Shown: positions 29,298 to 40,844, counted from the stretch's first letter. The stretch: DNA of 64,000 nt from Dehalococcoidia bacterium (GCA_963663895.2 CAXXRD010000001.1:128001-192000), one strand, 5' to 3'. The notes: generated from the sequence alone by a model not told the origin. Translations and numbers: made by a program.

Positions 29298-30256
29298 CCA
29301 GCATCTCACTGGCCACGACTGGCGCGGCCTTCTTTCTCGCGATCGCCATCGGCTACCCATTGATCCAATGGCTCAAGGCACGCCAGCTCGGAAAGGCGAT
29401 CAGCTTAGAAGGGCCGCAGACCCACCTCGTGAAGGAAGGCACCCCAACCATGGGCGGCCTCATGATCTTCGCCAGCGTCGCTATCGTCACGCTCGCGACG
29501 AACGTGGTGGGGCGTGAATCGATCCTGCTGCCATTGATCGGCATCGTCGTGCTCGGCTTGATCGGCCTCTTCGATGATCTCGGTACGATCGTCGGCCGGA
29601 TCCAGCGCGTACTGAGCTGGAGGATCAAGATCGCGCTGTTGACCACGTTCAGTCTGTCGGCGGCCTTCGTTCTCTTCTACGCACTCGACGTCGAAAACGT
29701 GAACATCCCTTGGGCCGGCAGCTATGCGTTGGGCCCCGCCTACATCGCCATCGCGGCCCTCACCATTCTCGCCACAACGACATCAGTCGCCATCAGTGAC
29801 GGCTTGGACTCGCTGACTGGGGGCACTCTGGCTATCGCGTTCGCCGCGTTCGGCGTGATCGCAGTCGCGCAGGAGCAGGATTTCCTCGTGCGCTTCTGCT
29901 TCACGACCCTTGGCGCGCTGGCCGGGTTCCTTTGGTACAACGCCCACCCCGCAAAAATCTTCATGGGCGACACCGGCGCGCTCGCCCTCGGCGGCGCGCT
30001 CGCCCTCGTCGCGCTTATGACAGGCCATTGGCTGCTCCTGCCCGTGATCGGCATCGTCTTTGTGATCGAAGCACTGAGCGACATCATTCAAATCGGATAC
30101 TTCAAGTGGAGCGGCGGCAAGCGGGTATTCCGCATGGCTCCGATCCACAACCATTTCGAACTGCTGGGCTGGTCGGAGCCGCAGATCGTCACGCGTTTTT
30201 GGATCATTGGAATGGCCGGGGCCGTCTTAGGGATCGCCTTGGCCTTGCAGGTATGA
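29294..30256 (+). CDS. mraY: Phospho-MurNAc-pentapeptide transferase
   Basis: KEGTPTMGG, DD, DGLD, IFMGDTG, MAPIHNHFE. Confidence 0.97.
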   Translation: MTSISLATTGAAFFLAIAIGYPLIQWLKARQLGKAISLEGPQTHLVKEGTPTMGGLMIFASVAIVTLATNVVGRESILLPLIGIVVLGLIGLFDDLGTIVGRIQRVLSWRIKIALLTTFSLSAAFVLFYALDVENVNIPWAGSYALGPAYIAIAALTILATTTSVAISDGLDSLTGGTLAIAFAAFGVIAVAQEQDFLVRFCFTTLGALAGFLWYNAHPAKIFMGDTGALALGGALALVALMTGHWLLLPVIGIVFVIEALSDIIQIGYFKWSGGKRVFRMAPIHNHFELLGWSEPQIVTRFWIIGMAGAVLGIALALQV

Positions 30257-30260
30257 AGAG

Positions 30261-31673
30261 ATGCGCATCGGGAACGCCGAGCGACCGTGGATTGAGCCCA
30301 CAAACTTCGCGGGTTTGCGCGTGGGGGTCCTGGGGCTCGGTATCGAAGGCCAAGACGCCGTGCGTTTCCTGAAGAGCGAAGGCGCCGCCGCGATCACCGT
30401 CTTTGAGCGGCGCTCGTTCGACGAGCTGCAGGACGAGCAAGCCACGCTCGTCGATGATCGGATCGGACTCCTGCCGGACACGCCCGAAGCGCTGGCCGCG
30501 CTGCATCTCGACGCCCTTTTCGTGAGTCAAGGCATCTTGGACAGCCATCCCCTCGTCGCGTCCGCTCACACGCAAGGCCTGCCCATTAGCGCAACGATGC
30601 GCTTGTTCCTGCGGCGCTGCCCCGTCCCGGTGATCGGCATCACGGGGAGTGCCGGGAAGACCACCACCACCACCCTGGTTCATCGGATCTTGCAGGCAGC
30701 GGGCATGACGGTCATCGCGGGCGGGAACATCGGCGCGGGCGTCTTGGAACAGCTCCCTTCGATCGATCGCGACACCGTGGTTGTTCTCGAGATCAGCCAT
30801 ACGCAGCTCCTCCGGACCGACCGCAGTCCTCACCTCGCGGCCGTGCTGAACATCGCGCCCAACCATCTCGATCAGTTCGGTTGGACGGACTATGTAGACC
30901 TCAAGCGCAAGCTCGTGCGTCATCAGACTCCGGATGACATCGTCGTACTCCCGACCGACAACGCGGCGGCGGCGGCACTGGCGCAGGACACCCCCGCCCA
31001 GCGCTACGAGTTCGGAACGGGCGGCGGCAAACGCGGCGCCTTCGTCGAAGGCGACCGGATCGTCTGGCGCGATGGTTCCCACACGCGGGAGATCGCTCCC
31101 GTCTCGGCCATCGCGCTTCGCGGCGCCCATAACGTTCAGAACGTCCTCGCCGCGGTCGCCATCGTCGGTGCCTGGGGGGCACCACTCGATACGGCAGCAT
31201 CCGTCATTGCCGCTTTCCGGGGCATCCCCCAGCGCTTGGAGGAGATCGCGACGATCGACGCCGTCCTCTACGTCAACGACTCCATTGCCACCACGCCCGA
31301 ACGCACGCTCGCCGCGCTGCGTTCCTTTGAGGCGCCGATCGTGCTGCTGCTGGGCGGCCGTGACAAGCAGCTTCCGCTCGATGCACTGGCGGCGGAAGCG
31401 CGCAGTCGCGCGCGCGCGGTGATCGGCTTCGGTGAGGCGGGAGCGTGGTTCCTCGCATCGATCGCGGCCGATACAGCCCCCCCAGTGACCCGCGCCGTCG
31501 GAACCTTGCCGGAAGCCGTGCGTGCGGCATACGAACTCGCCCAGCCGGGCGACGTCGTCTTGCTCTCGCCCGCGGGCGCATCGTTCGATGCGTACCCCAA
31601 CTTCGCAGCGCGCGGACGGCACTTCGTAGACCTCGTGCGCACGCTGGAAGTGGAACACGCGAGAAGAAGATGA
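30261..31673 (+). CDS. murD: UDP-MurNAc-L-Ala--D-Glu ligase
   Basis: GITGSAGKTT, GGNIG, NDSIAT, LLSPAGASFD. Confidence 0.96.
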   Translation: MRIGNAERPWIEPTNFAGLRVGVLGLGIEGQDAVRFLKSEGAAAITVFERRSFDELQDEQATLVDDRIGLLPDTPEALAALHLDALFVSQGILDSHPLVASAHTQGLPISATMRLFLRRCPVPVIGITGSAGKTTTTTLVHRILQAAGMTVIAGGNIGAGVLEQLPSIDRDTVVVLEISHTQLLRTDRSPHLAAVLNIAPNHLDQFGWTDYVDLKRKLVRHQTPDDIVVLPTDNAAAAALAQDTPAQRYEFGTGGGKRGAFVEGDRIVWRDGSHTREIAPVSAIALRGAHNVQNVLAAVAIVGAWGAPLDTAASVIAAFRGIPQRLEEIATIDAVLYVNDSIATTPERTLAALRSFEAPIVLLLGGRDKQLPLDALAAEARSRARAVIGFGEAGAWFLASIAADTAPPVTRAVGTLPEAVRAAYELAQPGDVVLLSPAGASFDAYPNFAARGRHFVDLVRTLEVEHARRR

Positions 31674-32896
31674 CGACACAGGCGAACCTAGCGGTTCGAC
31701 AAGCCCGCTTCGCGAGCGAGGCGGGGCAGCGCGACGCCAATTCGCCCGACTGGTTGCTCATCGGCGCCGTAATCGCGCTCACCGTGATCGGTCTGGTATT
31801 CGTCTTCAGCGCGTCGGTCGCCGTGGGCCAGCAGCTGTTCGGCGACCCACGCTATTTCGCCGTTCGACAGCTCACGGGCGCCGTGGTGGGCCTGATTGCG
31901 TTCGTCGCCCTGGCCCGCCTCGACTACCGGCGGCTCCGCACGTGGAGCCCCATCATCCTGCTCATCGCGATCGTCGCCCTGGTCGCCGTCCTGATGCCCG
32001 GAATCGGCGTCGAGCAGAACGGCGCGCGCCGCTGGATGCAGATTGGCCCCCTGCCACCCGTACAGCCGTCCGAATTCGCAAAGCTCGCCGTAGCGATCTA
32101 CGTAGCAGCCTGGCTAGCTTCCCGCGGGCCCGCGATCCGGCACGTCACCCTCGGCGTCGTTCCCTTTGCCGTCATGGTCGGCTTCTTTGGATTCCTCATC
32201 ATGGCGGAGCCAGACTTAGGCACCGCGTTGGTCATCGTGACAGTCGCCGGAGCGATGTTTTTCATCGCCGGCGCGGCCTTGCGCCATCTCCTGGCCTTGA
32301 CTGCCGTCGGCGGCAGTGTCCTGTTCGGGATCATCGCGATCGCCGGCTACGGCCTCGAGCGGTTCACGTCATTCGTGGCCGCCGAATCCGATCCACAAGC
32401 GTCGGGCTTTCAGACGCTGCAGCTTTTAATCGCACTGGGCAGCGGCGGGCCAACCGGCGTCGGTATCGGCGAAAGCCGGCAAAAGTTCCTCTACGTCCCG
32501 TCCGCGCACACGGATGGCGTCTTCGCCATCATCGGGGAAGAAGCCGGATTCGCCGGCGCGCTGTTGGTCATGGTTTTGGTCGGCTTCCTGGTCTATCGCG
32601 GCGCGCGCATCGCGGCGCGCACTAGTGATCCGTTTGGGATGCTTCTTGCGACGGGCATTGTGGCTTGGATCGCCGTGCAAGCCTTCTTCAACATCGGTGG
32701 CGTCACGCGCACCATTCCCCTCACAGGAATCCCTTTGCCTTTCATCTCTTTCGGCAGCTCGGCGCTGATCGCGACGCTGGCGGCGGCGGGCGTATTGGTC
32801 AGCATTTCGCGCTTTGCCCGGCAGGATGAAGGCCCCGCCTGGCTGCAGCGCCGCCAAGCGAACCAGAAGCGCACAAGCCTGGAGCGCTCGCTATGA
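31670..32896 (+). CDS. ftsW: SEDS glycosyltransferase FtsW
   Basis: NGARRW, QPSEFAK, EPDLGT, AHTD, PLTGIPLPFISFG. Confidence 0.96.
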   Translation: MTTQANLAVRQARFASEAGQRDANSPDWLLIGAVIALTVIGLVFVFSASVAVGQQLFGDPRYFAVRQLTGAVVGLIAFVALARLDYRRLRTWSPIILLIAIVALVAVLMPGIGVEQNGARRWMQIGPLPPVQPSEFAKLAVAIYVAAWLASRGPAIRHVTLGVVPFAVMVGFFGFLIMAEPDLGTALVIVTVAGAMFFIAGAALRHLLALTAVGGSVLFGIIAIAGYGLERFTSFVAAESDPQASGFQTLQLLIALGSGGPTGVGIGESRQKFLYVPSAHTDGVFAIIGEEAGFAGALLVMVLVGFLVYRGARIAARTSDPFGMLLATGIVAWIAVQAFFNIGGVTRTIPLTGIPLPFISFGSSALIATLAAAGVLVSISRFARQDEGPAWLQRRQANQKRTSLERSL

Positions 32897-33984
32897 GGCT
32901 GCTGATCGGCGGAGGCGGCAGCGGCGGCCATATCTTCCCGGGGCTCGCGGTGGCGGGAGCACTGCGGAATTTGCTGCGCGAGGAACTTGAGCTCATGTAC
33001 ATGGGACGCGCAGCGGGTGTCGAAGCCGCAATCGCCGCCGATGCCAGGGTCCCGTTCGCTCCCGTATCCGCACGGGCGCTCCGCGGCCGACACGTATTCA
33101 GTCAGACCTGGTCGGTGCTGGTGCTCGCGTATGGCGTCGTGCAGGCACTCCTTGTCCTGCGCCGTTTCCGTCCCGATGTCGTCTTCGTTACGGGTGGTTA
33201 CGTCAGCATCCCGGTGGGGATCGCCGCCTGGATCTTGCAATGCCCGCTCGTCGTCTTCCTCCCAGATATCGAGCCGGGTTGGGCCGTGCGCGTTCTGGCG
33301 CGTCTCGCCACCACCGTCTGCGTCACCCACTCCGCCTCCATCGACGCTTTGCCCGTCCGCAAGACGGTCGCCACGGGCTATCCTCTTCGCGCCGTCTTCC
33401 GGGAGCTAGATCGCCCCATGGCCCGTGCGCATTTCCAGCTGAACGGCTCGCCCACCCTATTGGTGACAGCTGCCGTTCAGGGATCGCGCACCATCAATGA
33501 CGCCATCAGCGCGCATCTCGACAAGGTTTTGGAAGCCGCCCACGTGATTCACGTCACCGGCCCGCGTGACGAGGCACGCTTGCGCGCGCGCCGCGACACA
33601 CTCCCGGCGACTCTGCGCACGCGCTACCACGTCTTTGGCTACCTCGGTGATGATCTTCCCGTAGCCATGGTCGCGGCCGACCTCGCCATCGCTCGGTCCG
33701 GCGCGTCGGTTTTGGGGGAATTCCCCGCAGCCGGGTTACCGGCAGTGTTGGTGCCGCTCCCGGAAGCCGGCGCGCACCAGCGTCGCAACGCCGCGATCCT
33801 GGAGGATGCGGGCGCGGCGATCGTTCTGGACGACGCGAATGTCGCAACGGAACTCCTCCCCACCACCCTCTCCATCCTGCAAGACGAAGACCGCCTTACC
33901 GCCATGCGACAAGCGGCACACGATCGCGCACGATCCGACGCAGCGGAACGGATCGCAGAATTGCTCTGGGAGGCCCGACGGTGA
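32893..33984 (+). CDS. murG: Lipid II GlcNAc transferase
   Basis: GGGSGGHIFP, GGYVS, RSGAS, HQRRNA. Confidence 0.96.
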   Translation: MRLLIGGGGSGGHIFPGLAVAGALRNLLREELELMYMGRAAGVEAAIAADARVPFAPVSARALRGRHVFSQTWSVLVLAYGVVQALLVLRRFRPDVVFVTGGYVSIPVGIAAWILQCPLVVFLPDIEPGWAVRVLARLATTVCVTHSASIDALPVRKTVATGYPLRAVFRELDRPMARAHFQLNGSPTLLVTAAVQGSRTINDAISAHLDKVLEAAHVIHVTGPRDEARLRARRDTLPATLRTRYHVFGYLGDDLPVAMVAADLAIARSGASVLGEFPAAGLPAVLVPLPEAGAHQRRNAAILEDAGAAIVLDDANVATELLPTTLSILQDEDRLTAMRQAAHDRARSDAAERIAELLWEARR

Positions 33985-35357
33985 GCGCCCCGACCGCACA
34001 CTTCATCGGCATCGGCGGCATACATATGAGCGGGCTAGCGCGCATTCTCTTGGATGAAGGTTGGACCGTCAGTGGTTCCGATCTGGCCGCCAACCACCTC
34101 ACCGACGAGCTTGCCGCCCGCGGCGCCACGGTCACCATTGGGCACGCGGCGGCCAACGTCTGCGGCGCCGACCTCGTAATCCGCACAGCCGCCGTAAAGG
34201 ATGAAAACGCTGAGGTTGCCGCAGCGCGCGCGGCCGGAGTCGAGTTGCTGACGCGGGCGCAGATGGTAAGCCGTGTCGCGCAGGACTGCTCGACCCTGAC
34301 GGTCGCGGGCACCCATGGCAAGACCACCACCGCGACGATGCTGACCCTCATCCTGCGCGAAGCCGGCCTGGACCCAACCTACATACTCGGCGGCGAGTAC
34401 GCCGGGCTCGCCAGCCAAGCTGCGCGCGGCCGTGGGTCCCAGGCCATCGTCGAGGCCGATGAGTACGCCCACGCCTTCCACGAGTACACACCCACGATCG
34501 CGGTCTTGACCAATGTCGAGCGGGATCACTTGGACTATTACCGAGACGAAGCGGCGCTCCAAGAGGCGTTCGTCGGATACGGGCGTACGATTGCGCAGCA
34601 GGGCACGCTCATCGTTGGAGCAGACAGCCCCACAGCCGTAACCGTTGCCCAGCAGCTCGCAGCAGAGCGGCCTGACATCACCATCGAGACCTTCGGCACG
34701 AACGCCGATTCGACGTGGCGTGCGGCCGACGTGCACGAAAGCGCCAGCGCTTCACGCTTTGTCGTGCACCGCGAAAACGCTGAGCTCGGGACGATCGCAC
34801 TGGCGGTCCCCGGTCTCTTCAACGTGCGGAACGCCCTCGCCGCCACGGCCGCGAGCCTCTACGGCGGCGCACCCTTCGCAGCCTCGCATCAAGCTCTCGC
34901 AGCCTTCGGCGGCGTCCGTCGCCGCTTCGAACAGATCGGAGAAGCGGCCGGGGTCACACTGATAGACGACTACGCGCACCATCCGTCGGAGATCGCGGCA
35001 ACCGTAAGAGCCGCGCGGCGGCGCTTCCCCAACCGACGGCTCGTGGTCCTGTTCCAGCCCCACACCTACAGCCGCTCCGCTTACCTGCAAGCAAGCTTTG
35101 CGCGTTGCTTCAAGGGAGTCGACCTCCTCTTCTTCACGGACACCTACGCTGCCCGCGAGGAGCCGAGCGCTGGCCTAGATGCGGAAGCGCTAGCCCAATC
35201 GATCGCCGCTCCTGTGGCGCGCTACACGGGCGACCTCAAGGCAGCTGCGACGGCTGTCTGCACCGAGCTGCGGCCCAGTGACGTCTGTTTCACGATGGGC
35301 GCCGGGGACGTCGACACGGCCGGCCCACACATCCTGGAACGGTTGCATCAACGATGA
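33981..35357 (+). CDS. murC: UDP-MurNAc--L-Ala ligase
   Basis: FIGIGGIHMSG, GTHGKTTT, EADE, DDYAHHP, FQPH. Confidence 0.97.
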   Translation: MSAPTAHFIGIGGIHMSGLARILLDEGWTVSGSDLAANHLTDELAARGATVTIGHAAANVCGADLVIRTAAVKDENAEVAAARAAGVELLTRAQMVSRVAQDCSTLTVAGTHGKTTTATMLTLILREAGLDPTYILGGEYAGLASQAARGRGSQAIVEADEYAHAFHEYTPTIAVLTNVERDHLDYYRDEAALQEAFVGYGRTIAQQGTLIVGADSPTAVTVAQQLAAERPDITIETFGTNADSTWRAADVHESASASRFVVHRENAELGTIALAVPGLFNVRNALAATAASLYGGAPFAASHQALAAFGGVRRRFEQIGEAAGVTLIDDYAHHPSEIAATVRAARRRFPNRRLVVLFQPHTYSRSAYLQASFARCFKGVDLLFFTDTYAAREEPSAGLDAEALAQSIAAPVARYTGDLKAAATAVCTELRPSDVCFTMGAGDVDTAGPHILERLHQR

Positions 35358-36271
35358 CGCTGCGCCAGCAACTTGAAGCGATCGCGGAGGTCCACGCCGA
35401 TGAGCCGATGGCGCGGCACACGACGTTCGGCATCGGTGGACCCACGGACTTTTACGCCATCGCTACGACTGGCGCGCAGCTACGGGAACTCACACGCACC
35501 GCCCGCGCCGCCGCCGTGCCGGTCTTCGTGCTGGGCTCCGGCTCCAACCTCGTCGTGGGCGACGGCGGGATCCGGGGCGTCGTTATCGAGAATCGCGCGA
35601 CCGCCGTCGCCGAGCCACGGAGCGTCGGCTCTGGGATCCGGCTCGATGCCGAATCGGGTGCCTCGCTTGCCAAGCTCGCACGCAGTACGGCCGACCAGTC
35701 GCTCACCGGCCTGGAGTGGGCTGCCGGCATCCCCGGCAGTCTCGGCGGTGCAGTTGTATACAACGCCGGCGCCTACGGCGGGTGCCTGGCGGACGTGCTG
35801 ACCCGCATTGACGTGCTCGAGCCCGACGGCCGCAAGACGACGGTCTTCGCCGAAGAGCTCGGCTTGGCGTATCGATCGAGCGCATTCACGCGGGGACTGC
35901 TGGTCGAGCGCGTCATTCTCGGTCTTGAGTTCCGTCTGGAAGAGGGCAAGCGCGATGCGGCGCGCGCGCGCATTGAGCAACTCGAAGCGAAGCGAAAGAG
36001 CACGCAACCCCGCGGTCGCAACGCCGGCTCGATCTTCAAGAATCCCTCACCGCATCCCGCATGGTGGCTCATCGACAAAGTGGGGCTGCGTGGCCATCGG
36101 ATCGGGGACGCCGTCATCAGCGAGAAACACACCAACTGGATTATTAACCAGGGATCCGCCCGGGCCGCCGAAGTGCACGCCCTGATGCGCCTGGCTGGCG
36201 AGCGCGTGCGTGATACGTTCGGGATCGAGCTACACGCCGAGGTAGCACTGGTCGGGGAGGGCTTCGCATGA
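35354..36271 (+). CDS. murB: UDP-N-acetylenolpyruvoylglucosamine reductase
   Basis: HTTFGIGG, GSGSN, GIPGSLGGA, NAGSIFKNP. Confidence 0.97.
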   Translation: MTLRQQLEAIAEVHADEPMARHTTFGIGGPTDFYAIATTGAQLRELTRTARAAAVPVFVLGSGSNLVVGDGGIRGVVIENRATAVAEPRSVGSGIRLDAESGASLAKLARSTADQSLTGLEWAAGIPGSLGGAVVYNAGAYGGCLADVLTRIDVLEPDGRKTTVFAEELGLAYRSSAFTRGLLVERVILGLEFRLEEGKRDAARARIEQLEAKRKSTQPRGRNAGSIFKNPSPHPAWWLIDKVGLRGHRIGDAVISEKHTNWIINQGSARAAEVHALMRLAGERVRDTFGIELHAEVALVGEGFA

Positions 36272-37357
36272 GCGCTGCGGAAGCCGTGACTCCCACGGTA
36301 GGCGTGATCTTCGGAGGCGCCTCCTCAGAGCATGCGATCTCAGTGCGGTCCGCGCGCGCCGTGCTCGCAGCCTTAGACGAGACGCGCTTTGAGCCACTCT
36401 GCTTCGGCGTCACGCGGCAGGGCACCTGGCTCCAGCCCATCGAGACTGAGAAGCAGATCGCCGCCATGGACGCCGGAGCGGGGGAAGAGGTCCGTGGAAC
36501 GGCTGGCTCCGGCCTGCCTACTCGACTACAGGTATTGAAAGCGCTCGCCGCGTGCGACATCGTCTTCCCGCTGATCCACGGGCGTCACGGCGAGGACGGC
36601 ACCATTCAGGGCCTGCTGGAACTCGCGGGCCTCCCCTACGTAGGCGCAGGCGTCGCCGCTTCTGCGATCGCGATGGACAAGGCGATCATGAAGCGCCTCT
36701 TCCATGAGGCCAGCCTTCCCACACTCCCCTACCAGGTCTTAACTTGGCACAACTGGCGTGCCAGTCCCGCCATCGCCGCGCGCGCTGCCGCACAGCTCTC
36801 CTATCCAGTGTTCGTGAAGCCAGCCCAAGGTGGAAGCAGCATCGCCACGACCAAAGTGCACCACCCTGACGATCTCGACCGCGCCGTGGCAAACGCCTTC
36901 CGCATCGACCGGCGTGTCCTGATTGAACACGCGATCGATGCGCGGGAGATCGAATGCGCCGTACTCGGCAACGCCGACGCCACGGCGTCGCCGCTGGGCG
37001 AAATCCGCTACCAGCGCGAGTTCTATGACTATGTCGCCAAATACGAAGACCAGCAGACCGAGCTTGTGGTCCCGGCCCACCTCCCAATTGCCCTCAGCGA
37101 TACGATCCGAGCAATGGCACTGGACGCCTACCGCGCCATCGACTGCGCTGGCATGGGACGGGTGGACTTCCTCATCGAAAAGAACGACACGATCTGGCTG
37201 AGTGAAATTAACACCATCCCCGGCTTCACAAGCGGGAGCATGTTCCCCCCGCCTCTGGGAAGAGGCAGGGGTTCCTTTTCCAGAGCTCGTATCCCGATTG
37301 GTGGAGTTGGCGTTGGAACAGCACGAAGAGCGGAGCCGCCGTGCCACGTACGAATAA
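36268..37357 (+). CDS. ddl: D-alanine--D-alanine ligase (frameshift in C-run 37245-37250)
   Basis: GGASSEH, HGRHGEDG, YDYVAKY, EINTIPGF; removing one C restores SMFPRLWEEAG to the stop at 37357. Confidence 0.94.
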
Positions 37358-38193
37358 GAAGTCCGGCAGCGGTGATCGCCGTCTCCCCACCGCACGGGAC
37401 TACGTCGACATGCCGGTGCCGATCCCCGATCCTCCGCCGGTCAGCGCTCCTTGGCGCCCTCGCTGGCGTACCGTCATCATCGCATTGCTCGCTGTGAGCC
37501 TCATCGTCGGGGCGGGAGCCGTTCTCAATTCTCCGCTCATGAAAATCCGCTCCGTCACCGTGGAAGGGACACAGCAGCTTTCTCCAGAAGCGGTCATTCA
37601 GATCGCAGGCGTCCGGGGCGACCACTTCCTCCTTGCCGATCTCCGCCGCGCCGAAGCCGAGCTCCGCAAGCTCCCTCTCGTGAAAGAGGCATCACTCAGC
37701 CGGACCTGGCCCAACCAGATCCGGATCGCGATCAGGGAGCGCACGCCCTGGGCGGCGTGGCAAATGGGTGACGCCGTCTATGCCATCGACGCAAGAAGGC
37801 GTCGTCCTTGAAGGATTCGATCCTCCCTCAAGCGGCGCGGTAGTCCGTCAAATCTCGTCGTTGCCTGAAGTAAAGAATGGAGCGACGGTAGATCTCGATG
37901 CGATCGCCATTATCCGGCTCATTGAAGCGAACGGACCGCCGGAGCGGGGTCCCGCGATCATTGGATACGAATGGTCGCTCCGAGATGGGCTAACGGTAGT
38001 CACCGAGCACGGTCGCATCACGTTCGGCGGTAGCGATGGCTTTGACTTCAAGTTCCAGGTGTGGGAGCAACTCGAGGCCGAAGCGTGGCAGCGCGGAGAG
38101 CCCTTGATCCTCGCCGATCTGCGCTTCGGCGCGCGGCCCGCCGTGGAGATCGGCTTGGGGTTGGAACGCACGCCACAAAGTGGAGAATCGTAA
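37341..38193 (+). CDS. ftsQ: Cell division protein FtsQ/DivIB (frameshift near 37793)
   Basis: TM, POTRA-like segment (WPNQIRIAIRERTP), DLRF; removing one A restores IDAEGVVL. Confidence 0.85.
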
Positions 38194-38199
38194 GCACTG

Positions 38200-39451
38200 A
38201 TGGCTACTCCTAGCGCCTTCGCAGTGATCGACATCGGCAGCACGAAGACCGTGACGGTCGTCGGCGACACCAGTGACACCGGCCTGCTGCGTGTGCTTGG
38301 GGTGGGAACGATACGCTCGGAGGGCATCGAGAAGGGCCAAGTCAGCCATATCGCGAAGGCGGTTGAGGCGATTCAAGCGTCGGTGGAACAAGCCGAGCGC
38401 ATGAGCGGCACCCGGATCGTCTCCGCCTCGGTCGGGATCGCCGGCACGCACTTGGCCAGCCTCCAACAACCGCGGCATCGTCGCGATCCCGGACCCCAGT
38501 CAGCCGATCACCGCCGACGACGTGCAGCGCGTCATCGACGCCGCACGAATGGTAAGCCTCAAAAGCAACCGCCAGATGCTGCATGCCCTGCCCCGCTACT
38601 TCGTTGTGGACGGGCAGGATCGCGTCGCGGATCCAGTCGGGATGCATGGCCAACGTCTCGACGTCGAGATGCACATCGTGACCTGCGGCGTGAATCCGCT
38701 GCAAAACGCGATCAAGTGCGTCGAAGAGGCGGGCCTCCAAGTTGATTCAGTCATCGCCAATCCCGTGGCGATCGCCGACGTGCTGATCCGTCCCGAGGAG
38801 ATCAGCGAGGGCGTGGTCGTCGTCGACATCGGAGGAGGCACCACGGACGTCGCCGTTTTCCTTGATGGAGCACTCATCCACACCAGCAGCCTCCCGGTCG
38901 GCGGCACGAACATCACCCGCGATGTGGTCGTCGGGCTGCGCTGTCCGCAAGATGTCGCCGAGGAGGTCAAGCTCGCGCACGCGCACGCGCTACCGACGGA
39001 AGGGGCCGCGGAGGCGACCATCGCGCTCGACGCCTTCGGGTACGAGAAAGAGCGCAGTGTCTCTCACCGTCTGCTGGGAGAGATCGTGCAGGCGCGCGTC
39101 GAAGAGATCCTCTCGATGGTCATGGTGGAAGTGAAGCGCGCGGGACAAGCGGACTTGATCTCGGCGGGGCTGGTGATCACCGGTGGTACCGCCGAACTGG
39201 AAGGCATTACCGAGCTAGCCGAGCGCCTGTCGGGCCTGCCCGTTCGCGTCGGCCGAATAGAGGAGGTGTACGGACTCACGGATGACGTATCGGCGCCGGC
39301 CTATGCGGCCGCGCTGGGGCTCTTGCGCTGGGCATCGAAGGATCAGGCGATGGTCACCGGTCCAGTGAGCCTCCGCATGCCGCCCACAGCCGGCCTCGGC
39401 GATCTGATAAGGCGCATCGGGCGCTTGGGGAGGATCTTCCTCCCGCAATAA
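38200..39451 (+). CDS. ftsA: Cell division protein FtsA (frameshift near 38463)
   Basis: [20 protein letters not shown]-terminal amphipathic helix. Confidence 0.93.
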
Positions 39452-39540
39452 CTCGGGAAGACATCCGCTGGGAAGGAGCGGATTTTGCTTCGTGCTTGAG
39501 CTCTCGACAAACTGGTGGCGGGGGTGAGAAAGGACGAAGG

Positions 39541-40611
39541 ATGCATCCGAACAACGAATTGACCGGCCTGCCGCCAATCAAAGTGGTCGGGGTGGGCGGG
39601 GGTGGCTGCAACGCAGTCAATCGCATGATTGACCAGAAGATCAACGGCGTCCATTTCCTCGCAGTCAACACCGACGCCCAGCAACTCGCCGATAGCGATG
39701 CCGGCGAGCGCATGCGCATCGGCGATAAATTGACCCGTGGTCTTGGGGTCGGCGGCGATGCCGAGATCGGAAAGATGGCAGCCGAGGAAAGCCGCGCTGA
39801 GCTGATAGAGACACTCAAGGGTATGGACATGGTGCTCATCACCGCCGGCATGGGCGGTGGGACCGGCACCGGTGCCGCACCCGTCGTTGCCGAAGTGTCA
39901 CACGAGATCGGGCGCTTACCATCGCGATCGTGACCAAACCCTTCGCCTTCGAAGGGCGAAGCGCCGCCAGGTTGCCGCCGCCGGCCTCGAACGCCTCGCG
40001 GAGCATGCCGACACGGTGATCGCTGTTCCCACGACCGCCTGCTCGCGCTCGCCGGCCCAACACGACGGTGAGCGAATCCTTCCGCATGGCGGACGATGTC
40101 CTCCGGCACGGGATCGCCGGCATCTCCGACGTCATCACCGTGCCGGGCGAGATCAACCTCGACTTCAATGATGTGAAGAAGGTGATGGGCGCCGGAGGGC
40201 GGGCGCTGATGGCGACCGGATGCGGCAGCGGCGAAACCGCGCCGTCGACGCCGCCCAAATGGCCATCACGAGTCCGCTCCTCGAGATCGACGTCACTGGA
40301 GCCCGAAAGGTCCTCTACAACGTCATCTCCGCCGGCGACCTCGGCCTCAACGAACTCAACATGGCCGCCAAGGTGATCCAGGAGATGGTCGACCCAGAAG
40401 CGGAGATCATTTTCGGTACTGCGATCGACCCCTCACTCGATGGCGATGTGCAAATCACCGTGATCGCCACCGGCTTCGACAAGCCACTGCCGCCCCCAGT
40501 CGCGGAGGACGGCGAGCGATGGTCGTCGGAAATGCTGAGCGAAATGGGGCTCGATGCAGAGGACGTGGAGCTCCCTGCGTTCCTGCGGCGCCAGCGTACC
40601 TACGCGGTTAG
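39541..40611 (+). CDS. ftsZ: Cell division protein FtsZ (at least 5 single-base indels; stop uncertain, 40611 or 40840)
   Basis: [35 protein letters not shown] and ELPAFLRR found across frames. Confidence 0.92.
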
Positions 40612-40685
40612 CTCCAGCCACGCCGCAGGCGAGGCCACGCCCCGTTCCAGAGCCTCTGACCCCTCTCTTCGGGCTATGCGCCCCA

Positions 40686-40721
40686 GCAGTGAGGCGACGC
40701 CGGCCGGCGTCGCCTCACTGC
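40686..40721. repeat. Perfect 36-bp palindrome downstream of the ftsZ core
   Basis: GCAGTGAGGCGACGCCGG|CCGGCGTCGCCTCACTGC. Confidence 0.9.
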
Positions 40722-40844
40722 GTGTGAGAGCCATTGGAAGTTCTCCGGTTCCCTCCAGGGCGCCCGAGGAGTACGGCACCTCAGCCCATGAGAGCCAACA
40801 GCGGCGCACCGCCAAGCGTTGCGGCACACCACTACCATGAGCAA

